Shown here in pieces: positions 13,001 to 26,800 of a DNA stretch of 64,000 bases (positions are counted from its first letter, which is position 1; every line of letters starts with the position of its first letter). Source of the stretch: Pavona decussata (Eukaryota); the NCBI GenBank assembly GCA_977016875.1, contig CDRNST010000102.1, positions 806,001 to 870,000 on the forward strand, in the 5' to 3' direction. A program made the translations under genes and the position numbers. A model generated the notes under the pieces. The model made no database searches. It was not told where the DNA came from and saw only the letters and a program-made list of their open reading frames with translations.

Positions 13001-16000
13001 CGCTAACATTGCGGACTGTCAATATACATTCGCGTCCGACAGGACCCCAGTGGTGATCACAAAGACCCCGATTAGCATTAGCAGTCCTAACACAGAATTT
13101 CGATTTATAGTGTCACGGCTTCCTTCCGAAACCTCCGATGTGACGGTGAAAGTAGGTAACGCAATATGCAGGGTGACAGGGCTTGACTCTTCGTTACTCA
13201 CGTGTGAGATTACAGGAGCGGTGGCTGGAAACCACAAAATTGTGATCCACGTGTCAGGGAAAGGAAATGCTCAGTTTGATAGTGGTGCGGCAGACGTTGT
13301 TAATAGTGAGCCGAGAGTGTCCTCGGTCTCGCCATCACAGAGCAGCGTTAATGGAGGCTTGACCGTAACTGTCGGTGGGAATGGATTTGATCCAACGCCA
13401 GGAAAAACTAGAGTGACTATCGGAGGTGCGCCTTGTAAGATTGTAAATGTAACACATGGAGAAATCAAGTGCGTGACACCACCACACCCCGCCCAAGCAT
13501 CAGTAACATTACAAGTAACGGTTACTTCGGAATCTTCGCGTCGTCGCAGAAATGTGGGAAGCTCCTTCCCAGCAGCTTCTATCGCTTTTACCTTAGCCCA
13601 GACCCCTGAAGTAACGTCAGTTTCCCCTTTAACAGGGAGAGGCGGCCAAGCGTTGACTCTCTCTGGAAGTGGTTTGGAGCCGTTGCCGTCGCACGGCGAA
13701 GTTGTAGTTCATATTGGGGATGTGCCATGCACAGTAACCAGCTCGTCGGGAAGCTCTGTTGTTTGTGCGCTGGCTGCACACGCCGCCGGTTCAAACAGGG
13801 TGGACGTGATCGTACCAGGTAAAGGAAGAGCTACTTCAGGACTTTCCTTCGTGTACACCTTAAGCATAACCGGTGTTAATCCCAATGAGAGTGGCTTCGG
13901 TGGCGGGCGCCTTCTTATGTTGCAAGGGTATGGATTTGATAACTCAGCTGTGATCACGATTTGCGGCAATCCGTGCATCATTAGATCCAATCACGCTACG
14001 ACAACAACACAAATATCGTGCGAGGCGCCCATGAATCCTAATCACGCGGCAGGAGTCGATCAACAGTGCGACGTGGTGGTAACTTTGAACGGCTTAACCT
14101 CTACACTTGCGAATGGTTTTACTTATAAAATCGCGATGACCTCGAGGATAACCTCCATCGCGCCACCCCGGGGAGGGAGAGGTGGGGGAACATCTCTCAC
14201 CATCCGTGGCACTGGTTTCAGCAGTACACAAAATGATAATGTGGTGACTATAGACGGTACCAGCTGCACTGTCACATCCGCTTCTTCGACTGAAATTGTG
14301 TGCAGGACTGGAAATCACAGCAGGACGATTGAGACGAGAGTTCGAATTGATGTAGGGGAGAATGGCAAGGCCCTGGACGATGGAGGATATTTCTTTTACG
14401 TGGACGTTTGGTCGTCGCCATACACATGGGGCAACAAACCCCCTCCTGTAGAAGGTCAGCAGTTTTTTTTTGTTTTTTTTGTTTTTTACATTTTAATCGC
14501 AACAGAGAACGTTTTTAATTAGAAGTGAGCCGATGCAATTGGTTTTGGTTTAAAATGTTGGCACTTGATAATTTCAGCGCTTTAAGTATGCTGGGCGTTG
14601 TGCATAGTCAGCAGACTTAAGAAGGAAAGTAGAGAAATACCAAAACTCTCAAAGACTGAAACAGTTAAAAGAAAAAGCAAAAACTGTTCATATCCTAAAG
14701 GCTCACATTGCCACAACGCACCATTCACCAGATCTTTAAGTCTAAAAGCACTAAACCTAGATAGCTTAAGCTAATTCAGGTGTATACGCAGGAACAGGTC
14801 TTATAGTCTTCGTAGGTGGCCAGGCGCCCACAAGGATGTAACTGCAGGAAGGGCGGCCGTCAGTTGAACGCCTTTAGAGTAGCTTCGATTCACTGAAAAA
14901 ACTTTTTTATTCCCACTCCCAGTTGTTTCCCAGTTGGGTTAACTTCTGATGGACTACCGTCCCATCCAAAGGGTAGAAGTGATACTCTAAGTCACTTCAT
15001 ACCGGGTATTCTGTCAAAGACTACTAAGCTTCCTATTCAGGGGGGAGAAGTAATAATTCAAGTTAATTCATGTTGGATATCTTGTGATGGACTTGTATCC
15101 CATCCAGGGGGTAGGTGGGGGGGAATACTCCTAGTTGCTGCAGTTTACAAAAACCGAAGTAATGTGACCCCGTGGACCACCATATCTCCTTACTATCGCG
15201 TTTTTCTAAGCTATTTTTTTTCTCATCTACAGGAGCCGTTATAAACAAAGGGCAAACAATTTTACTTGATCAAGACACGCCCGTCCTCAAATTGCTTCTG
15301 ATTCAGGGAGGAAAGCTCATTTTTGACATGGAAAAACCTTCTCTTCACTTACAAGCGGAGAATATTCTAATTACCGATAATGGAGTTCTTCAGGTAGGAA
15401 CAGAAGATAAGCCGTTTCCAGGTAATGCGACCATCACTTTGCATGGACACGTTCGATCTAAAGAGATACCAGTTTTTGGCACCAAAACACTTGCGCTCCG
15501 CGAAGGAACACTAGATCTTCACGGTCTACACGTGCCTATCACGTGGACGCATTTAAGTTCCACAGCAGACGTCGGCACCACTGAACTTCACCTATTAAAA
15601 GCGGTCACGTGGAAACCTGGAGATGAGATCATTCTAGCACCAACTGGAAAATCACAGCGCGAGTTTGAAGAACTTACTATCACTGGTGTTAGCAACGGAG
15701 ATAAAACCCTGCATATTACACCAGCCCTTAGATATAAGCACATCTCAATTGTTCAGACTTTTGATGGCATACACCGCGTGGAAACGCGCGCAGAGGTCGG
15801 TCTGCTGACGCGGAACGTGCGAGTGCGAGGCTCGGTGCAATCTGAGTGGACGGAAACAATTGAGTCTTGTCCTGATGAATTCGCACCAGGACAGTTTCAA
15901 ACCCAAACCTGCTTTCAAGGAAAGTTTGGCGAGGAGATTGGAAGCGATGAATTTGGCGTTCAGATTATGATCCATGCACCTGAGGAGAGTAAGAATTTGG

Positions 16001-19000
16001 TGACAGCTAGGTTCAGCCACGTGGAGATCTCGCACGCGGGGCAAGCATTCCGTCTTGGTCGTTATCCAATTCATTTCCATCTTAGTGGTGACGTGACTGG
16101 ATCATATGTCCGTGGCTGTGCAATACATCATAGCTTCAATCGAGCCATCACAATGCACGGCATCCATAATCTTCATGTGAGCCGCAATGTCGTTTTTAAC
16201 GTCCGCGGAAATGCTTTCTTCATGGAGGACGGCATCGAAACAGGAAATGTGGTCGAGTTTAACCTTGGAATATTTGTCATCGCTTCTTCATCCGCGCTAA
16301 ATGTTGATATAACTCCAGCAACATACTGGGTTACAAACGCCAATAACACCGTGAGACATAATGCGGCCGCTGGCGGCAGCCATTTTGGGTTTTGGTACCA
16401 GATGTTTGAGCACCCGGATGGCCCTTCCTTTAGAAGTGATTACTGCCCCAGGAATGTTTTCATGCATGAATTCTTCAATAACTCCGCTCACTCCTTTGGC
16501 CGCTATGGTTTGTGGATTTTTCCGACTTATCATCCTTTGGAGGGAGGGCGTTGCAACTCAAAAATTGCGAAGCCCGCGGTATTTGGTCGATTCCTTACCT
16601 ATAACAATATGCGCGGAGCAGAGGCTGTCGAAATTGGGGCCGTCCAAATGAAGGACTTTCTAGTGCTTGACAATGATATTGCTGGAATAGAGTACGTATT
16701 TGGAGGCTTAATGGACTCTCCTAGAGGGGGAGCCAGGATTGTTAACGCACTCATCGTTGGCCACAGTCAAGCAAGCGAGGGACTGGAACTGAAGATCAGC
16801 AGTAACACGCGATGTACGGAGTCTGGTATCAGGCTTCCACAGTTCTCTAAGCTAGTTGTAGAAAATGTGACCTTTGTGAACTTTGACCGTTCGGGATGCA
16901 CCTGCTACACCACCTGTGCGCAATGTTCAGAATTCAAAAAGAGAGGTGGCTGGACTACACATACGTCGAAGAATCGTTTTGTGAACGCTCCTCGCCGTAC
17001 GGCCTTTCAGTGGAATCACGAAGCAGTTATACTTGATCTGGATGGAAGCTTTACTGGTTATGTAAATGGAAGCGTTGTGCCGACTAATGCAAACCTTCCT
17101 CCCCAGCATTGCACCGTCTACCCGCAATACAGCCATGGTCCTCACAATGGGAGCGTCTGTGATTCAACTCTAAAGTTCAGGAGATTTGCGTTCAACAATG
17201 TTGCGCCATCTTCTCTGAAAAGCAAAAATGTTTTATTGACCAACGAGCATGGTACTGATGTGGTGCCGTACTGCCTCAAATGCGCCACTCACCCTGAAGG
17301 CTGGTTGACGACTGTAATCTTAGGCAGTTCATACACCATCGCATTTGAAAATGCCCAACATATAACAAACATAACCTACTCTGGCTTGTTCTATGACCTG
17401 GAGGAACTAGATCATGTTTGGATTAGTCACAATTTAACGCAGAAACCCGATCATTTTACGGTGACTGGGAAATATCAAAACATGACCGATGTCGTCCCAT
17501 CTGCAGACGCACAGCACGGCAACTGGAGCTTTGTGAACGAGACAAAAGAGTTCACGTACATAGCGTCCGGTAAAAACGGTGTGCGGACAATAAACAACAA
17601 TATTGTACCACGCGCAGTCCAACTTCGCGTATTTCGCTGCTTCTACGAGGACTGCATTATCCCTGTGCCGCCCCCTCCACCGGAGGGCAGACCGGCGCAA
17701 TTTCGGCGTTGGTCGATCGCCGATGACTGGGAGGGAAGTGAGCCTTTGTATGGCGGTTATGGTAGAAGATTGCCTCACAACGGAAGCAACGTCATGATAC
17801 TGCCAGACTGGTACATGTTGGCGGATATACCGCTGCCATATTTAAACAAGCTTCTGGTGTACGGGACTCTTGAGATTGAGGACATGCCAGGAATGGTCAT
17901 CAATGCTTCCATCATATTCATCAGTGGAGGTCTGATCGTAGGATGGCCTGACAAACCGTACCTTTCCAATATACTAATAACTCTCCAAGGCGACGTGAAC
18001 AGTGAAGAATATCAGCCCACACAGGGTGTTAATGTCGGTAGCAAGGCCATCGCAGCGTTCGGGTTCCTGTGGCTTCATGGCAGACCGAAAGCTATCTGTT
18101 GGACGAAACTTTCAGTAACAGCGGAAGTCGGGGATGTTTACTTGATACTAGTAGAAGCAGTGGACTGGAATGTTGGTGACGAGATCGTCCTCACGTCGAC
18201 TACCGTTAAGCCAGAGCAGACCGAAAAGTTCATTATAATAGCCATCTCACCAGACAGACAAAATCTGACACTGAACGCGCCTCTCCGGTATAAGCATATC
18301 GCAGAAACTCACACGGCCGGGAACTGGACATACACCTTAGCAGCGGAAGTAGGACTGCTGACCAGAAATATTGTAATAGAAGGCGCAGACAACCCTTCTG
18401 GGGCCTGGGCCGCGTCGTTTGGATGTCGTGTTCTGGTTGTGGGAAGCGGCCGGATTGAGTACGTGGAGATAAGGCGTTGTGGACAGGAAGGATGGATTGA
18501 TGACTTTGATCCTAGGTGAGAAATATTTTTTCAGCCCTGTGAGCCCTGTAAACTGACCGACAGCTAGTTTCGCCTCTGAACTTGAAGAAAGTAAAGAAAG
18601 CCACCAACAAAAATTAAGTATCTTAAGCAAATTCTCCCAACTAGTAAGTTAAGAAATGGATGGAGAACAGTAAAGAGAATCTGCGTGTTGATATCACACC
18701 TTAAAAAATTCAATTCAGCTTTGGCGAAATTAATCAGATAAAGTTATATTAATAGGCCATTTTCATGATGGCGTCATTTTGCTACAACTACCAGAATTCA
18801 TTTCGTTTTCCTTTTCAAATTCAGCAAAGAATTATAGCACTAATTAGCATGAGAAAACAAAACCAGAAGGATTCTGGTAGTTTTAATAAAATGACGCCAA
18901 AGTGATAAATTATGTCCTATTGAGGGGTGAAGGAAAATATTAAACCACTTTTTATTCAGCTATTCTCTGTAAATGTTATGAACCTGCTTTATCTTCTTAG

Positions 19001-20772
19001 CCAATAAGGACAAAATCCAAGCGCCAATGAGTCATTACATGCCTATCGGCACGTTCGCGCTCGTTCGTTAAACGCACAAGTGAACACGGAAAGAGCACAA
19101 GCATTTAGAAAAGCCGGTAAATACACTAAAGCTTGGTATAAACAATCGATCAAATACTTCGTGCTTGTGCATGTACTTGTGATTATATTCGTTTTCACTC
19201 GACTCGGAATTCTTGCGCTTTTTTCTGCTTTCGTCGCCGGAGAGAATAAAGGTCTACTGTTAGAGCACGTGATTCGCGTCACTGTGAAGTTTCGTAGGAA
19301 ATTATATTCTTCCATCCATGTAACACTAGAAACCAGCGAAATGGACTGACTGACGCGAAGACTCTAAGTACGTCGGTCTCTCTGCATGTGCTATGTGCCT
19401 ATTTACGTAGTTAGCTTAAAGTAAGCTCGCAATAGGCCATTTCAACAACTCAATCAGTTTTACATCACGAACTTATACAATAGGTCTGCAAAAGGTACAT
19501 TTAAGGGACTTAAATCTCTCTATCTGTCACAACGAATTACGAAAATATAACTTGGTCCCCCACCCCTTCCCCCTCCCTATAAGGCCCCATCTAATAATGC
19601 CCTGATTTTTTCAATTCCAGATTCTCCCTTGCTTTTCTTAACGCCGGAGACGTAGAAGGCAACGCATCATATGTGCGTGGTAATGCAATTCATGATGGCT
19701 TCAATCCCGGTATTGGCGTCTTCGGGACTAACAATCTAGTAGTCGAGGACAATGTTGTTCATCACACCGTCGGGCCTTCAATTCAAGTCGCTGGAAAGTT
19801 TAATCGCGTTTTGCGCAACTTGGCTGTGTATTCCATTTCCATCCACACGTACAATGGTCGAAGAGAGAAGACTCTTGTGCACTGGCCAGGCGCCATTGAG
19901 GTACACAAGGCTGAAGATGTGATCCTTATAAACAACACCGTCGCTGGAAGCGAAAAGTTTGGGTTTAAGATCGATGGTGTTAAGTGCCCCTCTGAGAGTC
20001 ATCCAGAAAATTCCACTTTAGAACGTAACGAAGTTCACGGCGCCTGGCATGGAATTCACTTGGCCTACAAGGAGGGAACGTCTCCTTGTACGATGATAAG
20101 GGGATACATGACATGGAGAAATATCGACTACGGAGTCTTCAGTTATCCTAAGTTCAGTGTCATTCTAGACAATCTCATTGCTGTGGATAATACCGTAGGT
20201 GTATTCCCTTATGTCTGGGGTCCTCCCGCTTTAACACACGTGACTGCCGACAAATCTGTTATCCTGAGAAACAGCCTAATTATTGGCACTAGTCCCAACT
20301 ACGACTGCGCAGATTACAACACTGTACCATATGCCAGAAAACCATACCAAGGTATTGGAGCGAAGAAAGCCCCAGGAGGTAACTATGGTAACCCTTTTTG
20401 TCTTCAAGATAGTCGAAAATAAAGACGGGAAAAATACACTAACCAAATTCAAAAAATTCTCATTATCTAATTCCCAAAGGGGAATTTTCAGAGGTAGTAA
20501 CATAAAGTAAAAAGATACACCAGCTAATACGCATGAATTTTCATAGAAACATAAATTATATACATTTATTATGCGCGTTTGCTACAGTGTCTAAATAAAT
20601 TTAAGTAGTTATAGCAAATTGAAACAAACCAGTTTAATAACAACCTTAATCGTTTGACTTAAGTTAAGATGTTCACACGGAATTGAGCATTTTGTGGAAA
20701 TTGCGCTATGTAAGTGTTACTTATTATTGGTACTGTCATTAATTTTATTGTTATCTCTTATAAGTTACTTAC

Positions 20773-20839
<67 letters not shown>

Positions 20840-23800
20840 TACTTAGTTCACCACGCCGTGAAGGTCTAAAACGAGATATATTGGGCACTTTGGAGTGCCT
20901 AGTTGGTACGTCTATCTGTTTACTTATTTATTTATTTGTTTATTCTCCAACTCGTTGTACCTCACCAGGTGGTAGAATTGGTGTCACGATGACCCACTTT
21001 TGTTCAAACGAGGGAACTGGTCCTATCATGCCCTGGGAAAAACCAGGTAAATATCCCGCTATTAACGGCCACACGCTGTACGAAGACGTCACCTTCTCTG
21101 GATTTCAGGACAAATGTGGCAAGAGGCACCGAGCAGTGATGACGAATACGTGGATTGGTGACATACTTCACCCAGTAGACGTACGAGGTTTGTTACAAAC
21201 CGAAACGAGTGAATTTTGTTTGTTTGTAATGTATGCTTGCTTGTCTGCTTCGTTTCTCTTCAACTCGTCAGATTGTCAAATATTTGGTAATAAAGAAATT
21301 TAGGGACAGTTAGCAGCACAGAAAACTCTCTCACATCAGTAACTTTCATTCAAATGGTCACCTTAAATGATTTCATGATTTTATTTCATCTACTAAAGAT
21401 ATAAAACAGCAACAGTGCTATAGAAATGTGATCAAATATGCGTAACAATTTTTAAGTGTAAAAAGTAAAAACTTAAAACTTTGGTGAGATTTTGCTAAAA
21501 TTAAACAAATGGTACGAAATAGAAAAGTTACATTCAACTCGAGAGTGGACAACATCACAGTACTTTTTTTGAATAATTTCATCTACAAATTTAAAAGTTA
21601 GAATGAATTTGAACACTGGTTGTACAGCATAATAAACAGCACCACAGCAAAGTAATTCTCAGACTTTGCTTTCATAGCGAAGGTCGCCAGGAAAATACAA
21701 TCCATCATGCACAGCACATTTAAAAACTCATTAATAATCCATAAGTCCATTGACCTATCAAATGGTCGATAAAACATCACGTGCAGTGGTTTTAAAACCC
21801 GATAAAACCTCCTCCTTATTAGTATGCGGTGTTTAATGTTTTTCTCGTATGCTAATTTTCAACGTTCACAAAAACATCATTGTTATGAACTCTCTTGACA
21901 CACACTTTTCCAGGAATGTTTTTGAAGCCGTTCAAAAAACTCGCAGCATGTGTTTTATCGGATCTAAAACCATTGGGCTGCGCAGAAAGCCTTTCCTGTT
22001 CAGCTGGCGGTATTGTCCACCTGCGAATATAAAGTTTTGGCAGTTGAGACCAGTAGACCTGTAACTTTTCTAAGGGCTGTTTTCACTGGACCCAGATAAC
22101 CTGTAGCTCTATTGTTTTTGTGTCTAGTCTCTGCTCATTGTTTTGTTTTTCGTTCTTTTGTTCTTTCGACCAATAATGCGGGACGTTGCAGACGGTACAA
22201 GTCGCCTAGTTGAGCCACCATGGCCGGAGTAAGCCGCGACAACGAGCGGTATAAGACGCGAGAAATCGCACTTTTCCCCATTCCCCTCGCGGCTTCGCTG
22301 TTCGCCCACCTTTTGCCTTTCGCCCAACATCCCGCCAGAAATTCACGCTAATGAGATTCATGTACATCACAGGGTGCCCCTTAACCTTAATTCTCACTAA
22401 AACATAAATAATTCTGTCAAACATGAAGTCATATGAAAACGAAAAAAAGGTCTGTTTTATATGAAGTGCCAAAATTCATGGTTAGGTGCATTTCTGGACA
22501 TTAGTGGTCCAGTTCTTGCGATTACAATCGCTGAACCTTTCTACTGTCGTCATCAGAAGGAATTTTACCCTACCCTTTTACCTTTTAGTTTTAGTTTCCA
22601 TTCTTTTTAACAATTGTCTTTTGGCCTGCGTTAATTGGACTCGTATTTTTTCCAAGCACCTTCAGATAATTAAGAGCGGCTGCCTGAGAATATCGAGAAC
22701 TCGCGGTCAAAACTGAAATTTCGGATTTCCTCATATTTTGTCAGAAGAATCCCTTTAGAGAACTATTTACGAAAATGACATTAAAACTTTCCAAAGATTT
22801 TTCGTTTTCGAGAATTCCGGCATAATGTGAAATGCCGTGATCGCGGCGCAGCCGGCGTTAAATTTTGACGAGATTTGGTGCATTTTCAAATCGCTCGGGA
22901 AGGAAGACGGCTCAGCGTATTAAAACGATCTTTTGAAATTAAGTTAGGCATCCTTCTGAGAATACGGTCTTAGGAAAATATTGCTGGAGGATTCTTATTT
23001 ACATGCAGTTTTCAAAGTCCGAAGATTCCTATTTTCAACATTTTTGTTGACACTTGAAATTGTGGAAACTTTGCGGACAAATATCGTGTCCTGGTACATC
23101 GAAATTTGAAGCAAGTATTATACTTTAGGAAAGCTCTATTCATGTACTGCAATATATAAAAAAACCAGCTTGGGTAATTTAAAATCCAAGCGTTGACGGA
23201 AGTAAACACATAGGGAATTTTAATATTTTTTTTTTCAAAAATGGCAGTGGTCACGCAAGGACAAGTTTTAAAATAAGTTTAAAATAAATTTATTGTTTAT
23301 GTTTCAGTTCTGGTGGAATAAAACTAAGTTGTTATTCGGAGACAAAATCTCATGTATTGATGGGTTTATCCCTATAAAAAATAATTTCATTCCTAGTAGG
23401 TGATCACCGATCGCAAACAAAAAAATGAAACGTTCAGGTGTTATGTCACGCTTTCCTCGGTACGCCAGCGTCAACAATGCGAAGGATACGAAACGAAATC
23501 AGGAAATATTTCATATCAAAATGTATCTGAAACCCCCAACAGGCGGTAATGTTTCATTAAATTACTAATCGACTTGCGTGAAAAACGGCTTTGGTCCAGA
23601 AAAGTTGCGCAAAAGTCGCAGTTTTTATAAATCCTAGGTTTGTCAAAGATGCATCTCATCCTCACTGTCAATAAAATGTCGTGACAGGCACTTACATTGA
23701 GCTGGACAAGCGAAGACGAGAATTCTAAAAGCTGAAGAACAAGGTATCTGTGTTTTCAATTTGCAGGTCCTAGACTATATATCATAAACAGAACTGAGAT

Positions 23801-26800
23801 ATCAGAGACGGTAGAGAAAATCATGCTTTCACTTTAGAACAAGGCTGGCCATAATATCTTTAACGGCTACACTGCGGCTATAATATATTTGAATGAGCAC
23901 TTACCGTTCCAATGCCTGCAAAATAGGCATTTAATGAACCATCCCCATTAATGCGAGCAATAGTCCACCCTTCTCAGTCCGATCCGGATAGAAGAGCACC
24001 AGAAAATAACCAAGCTTGTTTGCATATTATGGCCATCACTGTGTACATAGCTATTTTAAACTTGCTATTTATAAACAATGACGCAAAATGGTTATAAATA
24101 GCAATGTGCGTTCTTGGTTTGGAGTGGTTTGCTCGATACTAGAAACTGTATTTCTTCTTCCGCGATGTCATATTTTGCAGTTTTTATATATTTTCGTTTG
24201 ATTTTGTGGCTCCGTGTTCATTTTCGTCCTTGATAGACGACGAGTCCGGTTGCGGTCAAAGTTCGTACTATTACAGCAACCTGCGTTTCTTTGGGTGAAT
24301 GCCAAAAAGATATCTCCAGTCATCCAGGTCCCAACGCCAGGAAGGTGTTTGCTGACGACAAAACTGACAGTGAAATGTAATGAATCCTCGTGCGCGCATG
24401 TTAGTAAAGTTATCGATCATCTGATGTTGTTGATTGAACAGATGAAGTTAAGTTTACTGACTTTACATTGATGGAATACAAACAGCGGTGATATTTCTGA
24501 TCAACCTACGATGACCCAAGAACAACATTATATGGCTGTAGTGAAGGGAGTCTGTACTGAATCGATGATTGCTGGCCAAGATGAAGTAAAGAATAACCCT
24601 GGTTACATTGTCAATGGAGAGGTAGCAATATTTTGTCGTACTTTTTACTAAGAAAAGATGATTTATTCTGACTGATTGTTGTGTTACATTAATTACTTCC
24701 GAGTTTTCAGTTTGATGCTTATGTTGTTTCTTTGATCTTACACATGATTTGCCACTAGAAATTTTTAAGGTTAGCATTAAAAAAAATTGAATTGAATTAT
24801 CCAGGCATACTGAGAGAAATTTACACACAGGTTTATGCGGAGTATTGGTCCTGATATCTGCAATTTTTTTTCCTTTCAGTGTGTCATAACAGATGCACGA
24901 CATGATTCAAGCAGATCAGCAGCCCACACAACTGTGTCAGCTATCTCCTTTTCGTAAGTGGCATACTCTGACAACGGGCCTCTCCCTATTAGTGAGTTAC
25001 TGTTTCTACAGAGAATTGTTGAAGTTGTAGTCAAGATTCTGGATAGCTTATGCTAAGAAAATCTAGACGTTTTGTCACAATTACTTGATTTGTTATTTTG
25101 TCAAGATCGTTATTACGAACGTAGAGGATTTGCGACACTCGTTGTTTATTCGAGCATAAATAAAAATGGCGCTTCATTTGCATGTCAATAGCGTAATATA
25201 ATGAACAGATTAGAGCGCTTGTATTCACATTGTATTCAAATTAGATGTAGCGAGAAGGTCATTGAAGTAAAAATATTGTTCCAAATGATTAAACCTTACC
25301 GTTTGACGAAACCGGAGTATCATCTAAGAGTATTTGCGGCGGAACATCTGCAGACGGCGGTTGTACTTGTTGACCCGGCTCTTGTCTTCCCGCTCTCTCG
25401 ACATTTCTTCGGCGCTTTGTAGCCACAATTTCCCCCTCACACTGGTTCAGGAATGCCTTTAGCATTTCAACATCACCCTTCTTAACTTTTATGGTCATCT
25501 ATATTCAGTATTATTAGAGGAGACAAAAAGGTTTTACTAGAACCGGTTGCGCGACGGTAAGCGTATTATCTCGAAATTCAAAATTAGCGCCATAAACCTT
25601 CAGAAATTTTCCATGTGTTCTAAAGATACAAACCTCAACATAATCTTCCATCGTGACTAACAATGTCGGCGATAGTAAAAACGAAAATTCAAACTTCTGC
25701 AAATAAAGCACAACAGACAGATTGCTTGAAAGCTGACTTTTATTTCAGGAGTATTGTATAGAGGTCTGTATGCGACGACGGTTGATTGACAAATGATTCG
25801 AAGGTACCTAAGGTACCGCTCCTTTTATAGCGCGTCTTCGTGTTTAAGGGACTCGTATTAACTCCTCCCCGAGTCCCCTCAAAACGACTGCGTGGGAGGT
25901 TACCGCCAACGAAGACCGTACACATCTAGTTAAGACGTCTAGTTTAGTCGGAAGGGGCCGAGAGGGAGAAATCTGCGTGACTAGCATTCCGCAAGCGTTG
26001 CTCGTCTTCGCGCTCGCGAAACTCATATATGCCTGAATCATCATCATCATCATCATCCTCATCATTAGTGAATCGAATAAAGGCCTTAGAGGTACGGCAT
26101 GTTGCTTTGCTTTTTTTGTGAGCATGAGAAACCTGCAGTTACTATTAAATGACATCTGTAGTGCGGAAATACTTCGGATTATTGTTGAATACCTTTTTCG
26201 TGCAAGGGTATGTGTGTACTGAAGGAGATTCAAAATTCGTTCAAATTAAAGTAGCCACAGCGATAGAATGATTGCTGAGACCATAGCGGATTTTGAATAT
26301 TATTTTCTCTCTTTTTTTCTTTAAGTTTTATCAGTCACCTTTCCTTCTAAGACCAGAGTATTGTGTCTCTATACCACATGGTACCCTCCTCTTAGATAAA
26401 ACAATAGTTTCCCCGCTTCCTCTTCTCCCCGCATTAACTTCATTCATTGTCCTCTTTTTTAAATGTCATATTCACTCAAGATTGTTTGAGGGCCGGTTGG
26501 AAAAAGCAAGCGCCTGGGATCTAGGGATTATTTTCAGCAAACTTATATATCTATTAACAAGTTGAATGCGTTGTAACCAGCTTTAAATCAATGTTATTTT
26601 CTTTACTATGGAAGAAAATACCCAAAAAGACTCAGAAAATGCTGTTTAATTAGCTATGATAAAGGTCGTTTATTGACAGGCAGACAGACAAACAGACTAC
26701 ACGGGTTAGTTGAACTCCTCAGTGCGAAAAAGATGAAAATACCGCAACGTTTGTTTGATGGAAGTTTCGTCTTCAGTGAGCAATACCACGTGTAGGTGAT

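Noticed and set aside
12340-18000. Many short minus-strand and alternate-frame ORFs over exons 10-11
   Set aside because: Shadows of the real coding frame; no independent motifs
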